In this document: piece after piece, positions 23,139 through 36,583 of the stretch
Position numbering within the stretch: position 1 is the first letter of the stretch
Layout of the letters: each line of letters begins with the position of its first letter
Origin: Chlorokybus atmophyticus
Lineage: Eukaryota > Plantae > Mesostigma and Chlorokybus algae
Length of the DNA: 64,000 bases
NCBI GenBank assembly: GCA_009103225.1
Contig: RHPI01000560.1
Span: 788,524-852,523 of the forward strand
Direction of reading: 5' to 3'
Made by a program: the position numbers and the translations under genes
The notes under the pieces: generated by a model
What the model was told of the DNA's origin: nothing
Database searches by the model: none
The model's input: only the letters and a program-made list of their open reading frames with translations

Positions 23139-25540
23139 TTGGCGGTGTGTGCCACTTTGGTCTCTTGCACGCGAGCGGCCCACCCCCGCGCCAAGTGTTC
23201 GAGCTCTTAGAAGGACACATGACCGTCTTAAAGAGCATCTTTTCAATAACCATACCATGCTGTTCTGATCTATGGCGCGGCCCAGCAGCTGACATTGCTG
23301 ACCGTCGTTCAGCGTGAAACATGTGATACTGCCTGGAGAGATCCCATGGCGCGCTTGCGCTCACGTGCGTTGGGTTCCTCCGGTTGGCCTGTGTTGGAAT
23401 CCAACACCATGTCTTCGTCGTGGTTGCGGATGGCGTTTGATCTTGGGTAAGACACCAGAGCGGGGAGCGTACGACGTGGTTGACCAGGTTGGTTGCACTT
23501 GTAAAAGTGCTGGTGATCATGACGTGTGGCTAGTTGTGCTGCGCGCCCAGGGTGCAGGATAGCGTCGACGGTGAGATCGTGTAGACGACTGCTGTGCAGG
23601 ATTTCAGCAGCGAAAAGATCCACGACTGTAGCCAGGTTGGTCCACTTGGCGCGGACGCGATGAGCACGGGAGCCATGCCGCGCTGCATTGATTTTGAGAG
23701 GGTGTCCCAGTAAAGAACACACCTGTCGGAAGCTGTTGGCCACGTGATGGCGCTTATTGTCCTCGGAGTGCACATTCTTGATGATGTATCCCAAAGGCCT
23801 GCACAGCTGGTTGCTCTGCAGGATTTTCATGATACGCATTAGTTCCCAAAATAGTCGCGAGCGAGAATCACCGAGTCCTTGGTCTCTACCTGCTCTGGAG
23901 TGTCCTTGACACTCCCATCCTGCTATCAGTAGGTCGATGTTGCCCACCGCCAGGAGGTGATCCGCGGTGATTAAACGGATGTCCTATGGCAGTGCCTTCA
24001 GACTGCCTTGCAGTGCCGATAGCGGCAGTCGCTGCGGGTAGCATTTGTGTAGGTGGCGCAGGTGGTGGCTTAGGGCAAGCTTTGTGTGTGGATTAGGGTC
24101 ACAGTACAAGTACTTGGTGACCGTCGCGCCGGTGTTGAGGACCGCGGCGAGGCCACTACCTATACCTCCCAGCGTTTCCAACAGGGTGATGCCTTGTTGT
24201 TGACGAAATACATGGAAATCCACTACTCCAGTGGCCACCTGGTGTTGCTCCTGGACCGCAGCTTGGTCCTTGTAGAGAGGGACTTGTGAAGTAAGCCATG
24301 GTCTGGTCAGTAGTAGATGTGCGACCACCTGTGCGCGCCAGCGGCGTTCTGCTGGTTTCTGGTGGGCCATTTCTTCAGTGGCATCTTCCTGAGACTCGTC
24401 GCATGGGATAGGAGAGTCTTGGTCAGAGTTGTGGGTGATTACCGCAGCTGATCTGTAAGTGGTTGTCGAAAACGACGTGCGGGTGGCTGTTGCAGCTGAC
24501 CTGTCAATGGTTGTCAACAGCGTCTTGTAGGTGGTTGTTGCAGCTGTCCTTCGGTGAGAGCGAGTGCGAGCCACCAGCTCGAGAAGCAGGTATCCTTGAA
24601 CCTCTCCATCCTCCTCATCGCAATGAGGACGAAACCATGCCTTCTCTGTCCAGCAGTCCAGCCCCATGCCAACAAGGAAGTTGAAGTCCTGTCCCAGCAA
24701 CAGGTCGAAGGATCCTGCATTGGTGACCACACATTTCTGTATGACCTCGGTGCTGTGGGAAGGGTCCACTCCTGTCAAGCGAATGCAGAGGGCTTGCTTA
24801 GTGATGCCAATCACTTTGTCACGGCTGCTGGTTGCTGTGTCAAGCACGTATGGGCACGGCATCAGCTCAGCGCTGGTGATGCCAAGGTCGCGTGCGAGGT
24901 AACATTTAGTAATGACAAGCTGGGCTTCAGGGTCTAGCATCACACGCTAGAGTGCTCGTCCATTGATAGTGACATGCTTGCCTTGGTTGGCGATCATGGC
25001 CGCATTGGCGTAGATGCGCAGCCGCTTTTTATCGTCGGTAGCGTGTGCGTAGGGTGACCGCTGCTGCAGTCTTCTCCGGTGGTGTCGAGCGCAGTGCGGC
25101 AAGTGCCCCTCGACTAGTGGAGTCTTGAGAATCTCCTAAACCGCGGCTTGGCCCGAACCGTCCTTGTCTTGGCTGTTGGTATACGCGCTGCGGCCTAGGT
25201 GCTGGCGGTGCTGCCTGTGGTTGCCCTGATTGTGGCGCAGGGGGATTGCACCCCTGTGTGGCCGGGGTCATACCTGGCGGCGTAGCCAGTGGTTGTTGGG
25301 GAAACCCTGGAGGACCAAGTGTTTGTGGGCCCGCCTCTCGTGCAACCTGTTCTTCCACATAAGTCCAGTGTACTGCATGAGCCGCCTCCCTGACCAGTGT
25401 ACCTTCCCATGTGGTTATTGGATTGTTGACTACGTCGCTCCAACGGTAACTCTGAGGCATGGGCTGGAGATGCACTGCGCGTAGGAGCCGCGCTCTTATG
25501 TTGTGGGTGATGGTGGGAACCGTTGGGATCCCTGCCATGT
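23139..25540 (-). mobile_element. Truncated Gypsy-type retrotransposon carrying a C5 DNA methyltransferase domain (gag-like, aspartic protease, DNMT; RT absent)
   Basis: Protease-like VTINGRAL*RVMLDPEAQ (~24920-24975). Motif I ITLLETLGGIGSGLAA (~24147-24195), IDLLIAGWECQGHSRAG (~23890-23940), YIIKNV, GSRAHRVRAKWTNL, EPNARERKRAMG, QLLGRAIDQNSMVWL (~23250-23310). Confidence 0.82.
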
Positions 25541-25579
25541 AGGCATCCTATCTGCCATTAACCACCCCCACTTCTAGCA

Positions 25580-25850
25580 CCATTGTTGCTCGTGCCCGCA
25601 CAGGGAGGTAAATCTCTGGCTGTTGGACATGCTCGAAGCATCACACCAGAACTCCTTCCCCAGCTTGGCATCTTCAAGCATAGAGCGCGCCTTCTCCACA
25701 AGAGTCCGGTTCAGACGTTCAGCCGCACCATTCTGTTCAGGTGTATATGGTGCTGTGGTCTTATGCTTGACTCCTTTGTCAGCAAACCAGCCCTTCAAGT
25801 GCTGGTGTAAGTACTCGCCTTCTCTATCTGACCTAGTTGCAGACGTGTAT
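25580..25850 (-). mobile_element. Ty1/Copia integrase core fragment
   Basis: RSDREGEY...GVKHKTTAPYTPEQNGAAERLNRTLVEKARSML...LGKEFW. Confidence 0.88.
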
Positions 25851-27164
25851 AATATACAATAAATGCTGAGCTCAGTATTCATTAGACAAGCTGAGCGAGT
25901 CTGTACTTATCTGAGAATTTTGTTCTTGAACCGGAAGCTATGCTGTTCTGCCGGATCTTTAATCCGGCGCCGTTCTCTCAGACTTGAGCTGGTGCCGAGA
26001 TTGGGTTTTTTGAGTCTTATATCATTACTGGCACAGATTTGTTGAATTATTAATATTGGCACAAACCATTCAGGCCAACATTAGTCCAAGCTTGTGCAAG
26101 TGTTGGCACAAGCTGTTACTCTCATGCCATTGCTGGCACAGCATTTGCCAGTATAAGTTTATAATTCATAGACCAGTAATGGCATAGTAACTGGCTCAAA
26201 ATGTTTGTGCCAACACTGGCACGGGTTTGTGTCAGTATTGACACGGGGCGCTGGAGCCATGTATACACAACGGAGAAATGGCTAGAGGCTTGATTGTGTT
26301 GGACTTGGTGTATCTCATTTGGTGTACTTGGTAGTTGTATGTAGGTGATACGTCGACCCATGCTGTTTGTGCTCATGTCATGTTTCGTCGTTGACGACCG
26401 ACGACCACGACGATGACGAGCATTAAGTGAAGGGGATTATTATGCTTGTAGCTTGATGTGTCAACTATTGCACTTAGATTAGCTATAAGTGCACATGCTA
26501 GATGAACACCATCCCACTCGCAACTAATAAAAATAACCAGCACGAGCGCCACGCCATTGCCTTATATTACCGCAACCGCAACGCAACACACGAAACAGAC
26601 GGGTTATTGACGCTTTTGATATTGTATGCGGCGCATTGACAGCGAGCGCGCTCATTTTGTGATAGCTTGTGGCAATACTTATTGAAGTACAACCATGCAC
26701 CGAAAGCCCCTCAGAAAGCTTATCAATATATTCTTAATGCGCTGATTGTACACCCCCCCACCACCACGTACATGAGCAAGCGATGATGTGCATAGACATT
26801 TTGTTTAATATGGCTGCGCCCATACACAAAACTGTTGCATCAAGAGGCATGCTCGCGGCACATGAATGAGAAGGAGTTGCTGTAGCCGCAAAGCACCAGT
26901 GTTGTCTCACGCTGACCTTGTGAATATGAGGTCGTTACAACGCGCATGTGGGCCAGATGATTTGGCAATATGCCAAGTAGCAGTCGTGATCACTAGTGCG
27001 CTGATGTATTAATCGTCGCTGTATGCTCTAAACAGTGCTTGCACACGGGAGTGCTTATACCTCCAGGTGCGCCAAGGGCTATGCCGACAAATAAACATCC
27101 AGTCATGCAACGACCGCGCAGCAACGATCATCCTTCTTAAGGTTGATTGCCGTGTTTCAATCTC

Positions 27165-27420
27165 AACTGCAACTACCTGTAAGCCTGCTGCAGGCGCAAT
27201 ACAATACCGCTGTACAGTTGCGCCAAGTTAGACGGTATGATGCTGCAACTGGCAGCGGCATTGGTGTTTGCAGAAATGCGATTGTTGTTCAGTGTCACAA
27301 TCACGTGACTGCCAGCCCTGCAACGGGGGGGACCAAGAGAGCGCACATAGCGCAAGCAAGCGTGTGCACACACCCTGAGTAGCCAATCGTGTGCCAATGA
27401 CTGCCAGGGCAAAGCCACCG
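27165..27420. repeat. Diverged dispersed repeat, copy 1 (copy 2 at ~40625-40870)
   Basis: Collinear shared blocks, including the exact 22-mer GCCAATGACTGCCAGGGCAAAG at 27393 and 40846. Confidence 0.75.
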
Positions 27421-27978
27421 ATGAGGCAATACTGTAAAGTCATGGCACAATCGCGTCGTTGCCACTGTTCACGAGCAGAAGTGCAACGGCCGTCATTGCT
27501 CTCTCCGTGTGCTGAGAAGCAAGTCACTCGACGTCTTGAACCAACCACAAACCTCGTTGCACACCCTTGTTGACTCGAAACCGCCAGCTGTGGCTGCGGT
27601 TTTGTGCAAGAGAGGTTTAGCCCATACCCCTACACTTTTGACCTACCAAGCTGCAGTGCTTGTTCAGCAGCGAGACTCGTCGCCAGCTGAACGACATCAG
27701 CAAGGAACGCTCACGCTCGTTGGTACATACTAAAACAAACAAAACATGCAGTACACTAGTGTGTGGCAGTAGTACACAGTCTTGTGGTGTAGTACACAAT
27801 GTCACTAGCACTACCACTCATCTAATCCAGATCCTGCTCCAACGACTTTATCCAATATCGGTACGACCGCAGGTGCTGCGCCAGCTGGTGGCGAGTCCGA
27901 TCCGCAACAGCCATGTCAGCGTGTTCACCCGCGTAGTCCTCCTCAGCCATCAGCTGCTCGGTGGAGGTGCTGTTGGTG

Positions 27979-29266
27979 CTATTCTTCTGATGATGCTGCT
28001 TGTCCTTCCGCCTCGACGATAGCCGTCACCACGCGCTCCATCTTGTTCACCGCAGCGGACAGCCGCTCCCGCAAGACGGGGATCTCATTGCTGGCACCTG
28101 TGGAAGGGAAGTGGATGTGCGCGTGGATGCGTGTGTAGTTGTGCGTGCGTGCAAGTGTTCCGTGTTTTTGTGTGTACGCACAGGGGCGTGCATGCATGGG
28201 CAAGTGCGCGTTTGCGCGTGCATGTGTGGGTGTGCGCACACACAAGCATGCATGCATGCACGTGTGTGCGTGCGTGCATGCGTGTGTGCAATCAGTATCA
28301 AGGCTAATGTCTCATTTGACTAGTAATGTTGTTGTGAGCTTTGGCATGCTTACTTGTGTAGCGCTGTGCCAGGCCGGGTGAGGGGCTCTGAAGGTCAATT
28401 GCAACAGCGCTGCTGCTGTCTTGCTGGTAATCCCTTGTTGGTGGTGACTCCACCTCTGCGCAGCAGTAATTAGAACCCTTTTCTCTGCTTGCAAGTTGTT
28501 GTTGTTGCTGTTGTTGTTCTGTACCAGAGTTGTTGTCGAGGTCCATGCGAGCAGCCGTGAGGTGCTCCTGCAGCTTATTTTTCAGCATCAAAGGTACTGC
28601 GGCTCTGTGGTTTGCAACCGTCGCCGACAACCGCTTCACCTGTAAGGGATAACAATCAACACTATCAACCAGGCTGCTTTGCCACTCGCTGTCTTGTTTT
28701 GTTTGTTACCTCTTCCTGGAGCTTTTGGCATTTTGCGTCAGCACCACATGTGGCTATCTTGCTGAGCTTTCGAGTGGTGAGCTCCTCCTCGTCTGGTTAC
28801 CAGCAATGCAAGCATAGAGTGTGACGTACTGCATGTGTGTGGGTGGGTGTGTACGTGCGAGCATGCTTACGTGTGCGTGCATGAGACTATCTGTGTGTGG
28901 GTGTGCATGTGTGCAAGGGCGCGTGCGTGTATGCGTGTGTATGTGTGTGGGTGTCCTTTCAATGGCCGCACCTTGGAGGGGCTGTGCACTCTCTACCCGA
29001 TCCTCCACATTTTCCTCCCGGCCATCTCCTCCCTCCTCCCGGGGCTCCTTGCCGTCCACAAGGACATTGCGGCGTATCTTGGCAAGGACGGCGGCGGCGA
29101 CCTGCTGCAGGCGTGAGGCCAGCACCTCAGCGGTTGAACCCTTGTGCCTGTGGTAATCACCCTCGCTTGAGCCCTGCGCCGCCGCCGCCGCCGCCTCGCC
29201 CAGAGCCCTCCTAAGCGACTCCTCCAAGCTCCCCAGCTCCTCTGCACTCCCCAACGCTACCTTCAT
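27979..29266 (-). CDS. NSL1/Mis14-like kinetochore (MIS12 complex) protein, multi-exon
   Basis: Spliced product MKVALGSAEELGSLEESLRRA...AVLAKIRRNVLVDGKE...LSATVANHRAAVPLMLK...IPVLRERLSAAVNKMERVV resembles the Mis14 N-terminal, VAxxRxxxP and C-terminal coil motifs. By-eye match only. Confidence 0.5.
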
Positions 29267-29617
29267 CCCCGCCACCTCCACCCCTGCCGCCGCCGCGAGA
29301 GAGACATGCCGCCAGAAAGGAGGGAGGTGTGCGCATGGGTTTTTCAAAACTTCAAACCCAACATTTTGAAACTCTGATATCTGATCATACGACAAGACAG
29401 ACCCCTTTGCTTGCTGATATCAGCTATGCTCAATCCCCCTGTATCAAACGGCTAGATGCAAGCAGCTGCGGCGGCGGCGAGGCGAGGTGCGTGTAGGGGT
29501 GGGCTGGGGGTGTGTGTGCGGCAGCTCAGGTGTTAGCTTCGTAGTCGTGAAGTGGCTGCGTGTGGTAGTAATGCCCTCGTAGGATGTGTTCGGCAAGGTG
29601 AGGGCAGTCAGTCAGTT

Positions 29618-32498
29618 ATGACGGCTGAAGCGCCGCCTTCCGCCGCCCTGGTGGCGTTCTACCGCGAGAGACTCGGTGAGAATCTATTTTGTTGCGTGGT
29701 GATCTCGGATTGTGCTTTGACATTCTGCGCTGTTCCGGACTCCATTGTGATCACTGTAGTATGCTATTTGCTTACTCTAGTAGCCAGTTGCACATAAGAA
29801 GTGAAGTAGAGTTTCTTGAAATCCAGCAATACCACTTGTCCTGCTAGATCGCTCATTGCCCAGCGAATGTCATCAATGTGCGTACATGACAACCAGAGTT
29901 CAGAGCCATTGTGAAGTTGTGGAACATTATAGAACTGCACAATGATGGAAACGCAATGGGCTTCTCTGGCTCCACTGAAGTCTTGGATCGGTGTGCAGCT
30001 GAACAGGTTGCTTGCCGTCATGTTGCCAGCAATCAGAACTTAAGTCAGTCTCAGAGCATACAGAAGCATTGCCGTCACAGCGTGATGCATGATGTGCAAG
30101 CCTCATTCAGCACAAAATGGTGTGTGTAGTGCACTCGATGCTCATGCACGTCCCTTGTAACAACAACAACAGCAACATTAACAGCAGCAATGATACTGCA
30201 GCGGCGTTTGATGTGGAGCGCGCGGAGCTGCTCGCGCGCGTGGAGGCGTGCACGACCACGCGCGAGGAGCTCCACCGTGCAGGCTGGGAGGCACACAAAC
30301 GCGCAGCCGAACTTGCAGAGCTGCAAAAGGTAACATGCGCGTGCTCACCAGCGTGTGTGTGCGTGTGTGCAAATGCGTAGCAGTGTATAGGAGTGAGTGT
30401 GCACATGCGTGTGCATGTGTGACATTGCGTTCGTGTGCGTGCACACGTGCACAGGCACGTGTGTGTGCGTGTACGCGCATGCTCGCTCTATACCTCACAC
30501 AAAAGCAACTGCGTATGTGTGTGTGAGGTTTAGAATGGGACCGTTGGGTTACCAACGCAGGCATTGAGCGACGCACACACCTTCTTGTTTGAAGAGAGGG
30601 AACGGCTGCTGTCTCTGCAAGGGGAGAACGATGACCTCAAGCTACAGATCATCGAAAACCGCAGGAAGGTAGGGGCTAACTCAACTCTCATAGTAGATGA
30701 TAGCATTGCTTAGTTACATGGCGAACTTCAGGTAGGCTGCTATAATATAAATAGCAGCTGAGCATGAGCATTCCAATCACATGTCTACACTGACTGATAA
30801 TGTCGTTATCAGCTGGAGGAGTTTCTACGGCTCAATCAGCCACTGGTCCAGCAGCAGCTGAAGGCAACATACACGCAGAAGCGTCGCCCCGAGCAGGCTG
30901 CTGTGCCTGAAGACAGGTTGGGTGCTTGTGTATGCAGTATCCGCATAACATTCTCAACACATACACCAACAGTTTGTTGGTTTGAGCAGCTCGGTGAGGG
31001 GTCCGTCCATCGACCGCGTCCTGCGCACGGTGTATCTACCCACCAACAACGCGGAGACGCTGCTGCTGCGCATCGAGTCTCTGCTGGCTCAGCTGCATGA
31101 TACGGTGAGTTGTATGCATATGGAGCATGTAAGGTTGGTTGCATGTTGACTTGTGTTGTCGTGGGGCTTTGCAGAAGCAGTTCATGAACGAGCGCGTGGC
31201 TGCGATGATGGAGGATAAAAGGATTCGCGAGCAGGAGGAAGAGAGCAGAGCGGCTAGAGACCAAGACATTATCAAGGTAGTGTATGTGACTGCGTGTGAA
31301 TACGACTCATGCAAGTGCATTGCAGAGTCTGTTGTTGATTGCTTTCCTTGTACGCTCGCGGATGCTGTTGCGGATGGCATTGCAGGAGTTGAGTGACAAG
31401 CTCAACAAGCGTGAAGACGTCCTGCAGCAAACAACCAGAGGTGACTGCAACCAGAGTTCCACTCGCGGTGCATAGACTCTCACCACTGACATACTCAGTA
31501 ATACGCACACGCGCACACACATACGCGTGCGCGCTCGCGCGCATGCACACATGTACTCACGCACACGCATGTTTGCCCTCCCTCAGATTATGTTGCGTTG
31601 AAGCGAGACGTGGCGCAGGAGCTGCAAGAGCGGACAGAAGCGTGTGAGCGGTTGTGTGCCGAGTGCGACTCCCTGCGCGCAAGCAACGAGCAACTGCAGA
31701 TGGAACACAAAGCACTCGAAAGCATACAGGTAGGTGGGTTGCATGCACACATGCATCGGTTGGAATCGAGTCTGATGTTAGTGTTGTGCTTGTTGTGTTT
31801 GTGTCCAGAGCTTGCCGTCAACGTGCAACGAGGCCGTGGAACATATACGCGAGTTGATACAGAAGCGTGTGGCACTGAAACAAGGCAACAACGGTGAGAG
31901 CAGTGGAGAGCAGATTCAGCTGAGATTGACAGAGCTTGAGAGCGATATCGAGTCGGCCACGCACGCGCTGAAGAAAACTATGCACAAAGAGCGCGAGTCG
32001 CGGATATGCGCGAGTCGCGAGGAGATACATCACCGCGACGTGCGTATCCGTGACCTCGGGGAGGCGCAGACAGCTGTTATACATCAATATGAGGAGCGGA
32101 TATCTGCCTTGGAGTCGAAACTGACCAAAGCAAAGGAGGAGAATAGAACCTTAGCTTATCGCCGCGCGCTGGATATCGAGGGCTTTGTCGCTGAAACCAC
32201 TGCGTTGAGAAAGAGCCTCGCTGTTGTTGATAGAAAACTCCTGCAGATGAGGCTGTTGGATCGGCTCGGCCCCGAGGATGATCGCCTCGAGGAGATGTTG
32301 GCTTATCTGGAGAAGCGGGTCCCGTCTGGTGATGGAAGTGATGTCGTCACGAAGAGGGTGAGGATGAAGCCGGGACCTGTGCTCACACATGTTCAGAGAA
32401 AGAAGCTGGATGCCGGGCTGGATGCGGATGTCACAGCCATCAGGACGCAGCTGAAACGGATCGCTGACAAGCTCAACGCCACCACACTCGCTGCTTGA
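29618..32498 (+). CDS. CCDC77: Coiled-coil domain-containing protein 77-like (centriolar), multi-exon
   Basis: LVAFYRERL...ERAELLARVEAC...ELAELQK|ALSDAHTFLFEERERLLSLQGENDDLKLQIIENRRK; coherent GT-AG exons; long last exon ending in TGA. Confidence 0.82.
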
Positions 32499-32997
32499 TT
32501 GATGTTGAACGTGTTCATTGTTACCTGTGTGTATGCAGGATGTGTATGATATATGTGTGTATTCTTGTGGGAGTGGTTCTGGGTACAAAAATCACATACA
32601 AAGTTGTGTGCTAATATGCCAGCAAAGTAGAACATGCAGGGCTCAGTTGAGCGCGCACAACACGTGCTGGAGTAAACCATCCATGCCGCGCTACCTCCTG
32701 GCGCTGAGGTTGATGTTCGCATATGCACGAACAGTGAATGTGTTTATATTCTCGTCATGTCGGGGCAGTCAATACGCTCACGCAAGCAATGCATGTGTTG
32801 TCCAACGTTCAACGAAAGCGGTGTCGCTGTGTATGTTCCCGACAACGTTGGTGTGTGGTGCAGCTGGTGGATTGTCCCCATTCTGTGCATCGCATAGCGG
32901 CACAAGCGCCATGTCAAGCAAGCGACACGCAGCGAAAGAGCGCAGTGCAGTGGCCGTGCTGTGTGCCCCTATGTGCGCTTATCTCAACAACAATACC

Positions 32998-33031
<34 letters not shown>

Positions 33032-33280
33032 TCATCATCGTTCACAACATCGTTGAACGCATTTACATCACGCGGAATCATCATCAGCATCAGACGACTG
33101 ACACTGCCACTGACTGCAGTCCAACGCCCCGTGTCATCACATCGTGGCTGAAAAGTTTGCCTTGCGCATCAACCTAGCAGGGCGGCGGCGATTAGACGAC
33201 GGCGACGGCGGCGGCGGGAGTAGGATGTGACAACATATAGATCAAGCACGGGGACAAGCATGCAACAACCGCGCTAGCCA

Positions 33281-35532
33281 ATGGTGCCGCAAGTGAGGAT
33301 GGCGGCGGATGGCAACCATGCCCACGACCACGACGACAACAGCGACCCCAGGTCGCCGCTCGCAGCGGCGCCTCAAAGCAGCAGCAGCGGCAGCTACCAC
33401 CTCCACGCCCAGCAACGAGGCCAGGCCGCCGCCGTGTTCCCTGCCAGCGGCGTCGGCGTCGGCGGGGAGAAGTGGGGAGACTCTGCCGCTGGCCCCGTCA
33501 CCATCGCCATACTCGTCGTCGTCCTGGCAGGACTGGGACTAGGCATCATGTAAAAAGACGGTCGTGCTTTTCTGTCGGTTGTTGTTGTTATTGTTGTGAC
33601 GCACGCTGTCGCGAGTCTGCACACGTGCACCAAGTGTCTTGCGTGAGTATGCAGACAGTGCATGCGATCGAGTGACTGCATGAGTGAGTAAAACCAGAGT
33701 GAGCGAGATCGAGTATGTACACATCTGTCATCACAGAATCAACAATCACGCGCGCGTGTGTGTTTGTGGCGTCTGCGAGTGTTGATTCTGTGATACTGAT
33801 GCATGATACATGCAGCGTGCCTGGCCTGGACGAGCGCGAGCCGCTTCGTTTGGCATTGTACATTGCCGTCCCATTGTTGAGCGCGCTGTCCCTGCTGCTT
33901 CTCCTCGCCGTGCATCAGACTGACCCCGGCGTCATTCCCCCTCTCCCCTTCCAAGGTGAGGGAGAAATCAGATTCACGCGCACGCACATGCACGCACGCA
34001 CCCACCCACCCGTCCACGCATGCACAGACACATTGTCACACGCGCAGATCCCGTGGTGCTGGCGGCCGAGCGCGCGCTGCAGCAGGACGCTGCCATGCGT
34101 GGCGGCGCGGACGATGATCACGACATGGTTGATGGCGTCGGTAACGGTGACGGTGTTGATGTGGAGAGTGGGTTGGCGGCGGGAGCCGACTCAGCATCAA
34201 AGGCGAGGCTGTTCGACACGACGGGAGGGAGCCTTTCGCGGGATTCGAAAGGGCAGTGGCGACGCATGCATAGGGTACAACACTTTTTTCCATTGTTGTT
34301 GTTGCTGCTGTTGTGGCGTCAAGAGGTTCAACAAGTTGCAGTGTTGGACCAGGAGGAGGGTGACAGCACTGTGTGTTGGGAGAAGTTCTGCTCCACGTGC
34401 AACATATGGCGGCCGCCCAGGGCGTCGCACTGCAGCGTGTGCGGCTACTGCATGCAGGTCAGAGACTCGCACACACTTGTCTCTCGTCAAGGCCTTTGCT
34501 GGGATGAGTAATACAATGCAAGTGTTTATGGCAGAGATTCGATCATCACTGCGGCGTGCTTGGCACGTGCATCGCCAAGTACAACCATCGATTCTTCGTG
34601 CTTTTCTTGTTCTCGGTAGCCGCGGTGAGTATATATTGCGGCGGGGAGCGTGTGCGCGTGAGTGTGCGTGTGGATGCATGCGTTCCCAGGTGCGTTGTGT
34701 GTGCACATGGGAACACACATGCGTCTAGAGGCACGTATGTGCGTGCGCGGTCACATATGCGCGTCCGCGCGTGTCAACGGTCGTGGCGAGCTTTCTCCCG
34801 CACAGCTGCGTGTGTGCGTGCATGCGTGCCTATGTGGTCACACGCAAAGCCAATGCGCACACACGTACGTGTGTGTGGTTGCTTGTGCGTGGGCGTGTGA
34901 ACCTGCACGCAATCACGTATGTGTACGCGTACGTGCCTTGTCGTCCCTTCTCCCTGGCTAATGTACATGTTGGTGCGGCTTGACAACTTGTTACCACAGG
35001 CAGCTTCGCTCCTGCTGGTTGCTGCGGCCGTTCGGTTGCACGACAAAGGTTGGCCCAGGTGCGCAACAGTTGCTTAGCGTGTATAACAAGTCACAGGCCT
35101 GGTGAACACTCTACATCTAGTTACACGTGCATACGTTGCATCACGTGCAGTGGGGATGTTTGGCACGACTGGAAGACGTACTTTGAGTTCATCCTGTCCT
35201 TTGTGTACGGCTACTGCGCGCTCGTCGGCTGCTTCGGCTTCATGCACTGCTTCCTACTGCTGTCCGGTAAGCCACCGATACCACGTTAGCATACTCAATA
35301 ACTTGCACGCGTGCGCGCGAGTGGATGTGTGAGTATCAATCCCATGTTACATGTATGTTTTGCAGACACCACCACCAAAGAGGCCGCTGAGTCCGGTTCC
35401 ATGCTGCCGCCGCGGCCTCCTTCGTGCGGTCGTCTGTTGTCTTCTTGGCGGGAGGTTTGTTGTGGGCGCGTCACGTGGAAACACCGTATCAAGGACTGGC
35501 AGATGCAGCAGCCATACGCACTGGACGTGTAG
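33281..35532 (+). CDS. DHHC-type protein S-acyltransferase (palmitoyltransferase)
   Basis: TDPGVIP, KFCSTCNIWRPPRASHCSVCGYCMQ|RFDHHCGVLGTCIAKYNHRFF, TTKE motif, transmembrane segments. Confidence 0.93.
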
Positions 35533-36385
35533 TGTAAATGGCTGTGCAACAACATGTCGTTGTTTCAGTTTCATGTTGTTGTCAGTTTTGGCTTTGCTGC
35601 TCGTGGCCGCAACACAAGTTTGGAGTCCTTTTGCAGCAACACGCACGCACGCTCGCACTGATGTTTGCGTAATGCTGTGTTCAGAGACAGCATGAGAGAG
35701 AACACAGTGTCAGCAGAGCCACCGCATTACAATTGCAATTGCTTGTGCTGGTTGCTGATGTTGCTGTATTGTCGCCTCTGCAGCCTGCGCAAATGTAACA
35801 GACGTAACAGTAACAGCAGCCAACACTTGTACGCAACGACTGTCCATCGATTGCCGGTGTGCAGCGTATTTTTGGGCGTGTGCGCATCAACTCGTTATGA
35901 TTGTTGTACGCCACCGGAGCACAAGTTGCTGTGTACGCGAGACCTGCACAGGTCTGATGCTAGGTTTGTCATGTTGCCTGTCTATTGGCATACACCACGT
36001 GCTTGATTACGTACACTGCACAGCATTGCATATTTTCTACACTATGCGGGCACAGTGTTTCCCTGATAAAATAGAACTATTGCATGATATGCTGGTTGCG
36101 TGTGGCAAGTACGCTGATCATTACTCCTATGGCAACTTCGTGTCTCTGACTATTGTGTATATATATGTATAGGCTTTCCAGTGTATGTATTAATGTAAAT
36201 GTATTAGTACAGCTCTTCACCACTTGTTCCAGGATTGTGCAGGTTTTTCTACTTTGTCCAGTTGCCCAAGTGTCCAATACCATACGTTTGGCAGACGCGT
36301 GTATAAATTACCCAATGTAGGCATCAAGGCTGGAGGCAATAATGCATGCGCTCATGTAAAGGCCATTCTTGAAGCTGCTGATACA

Positions 36386-36583
<198 letters not shown>

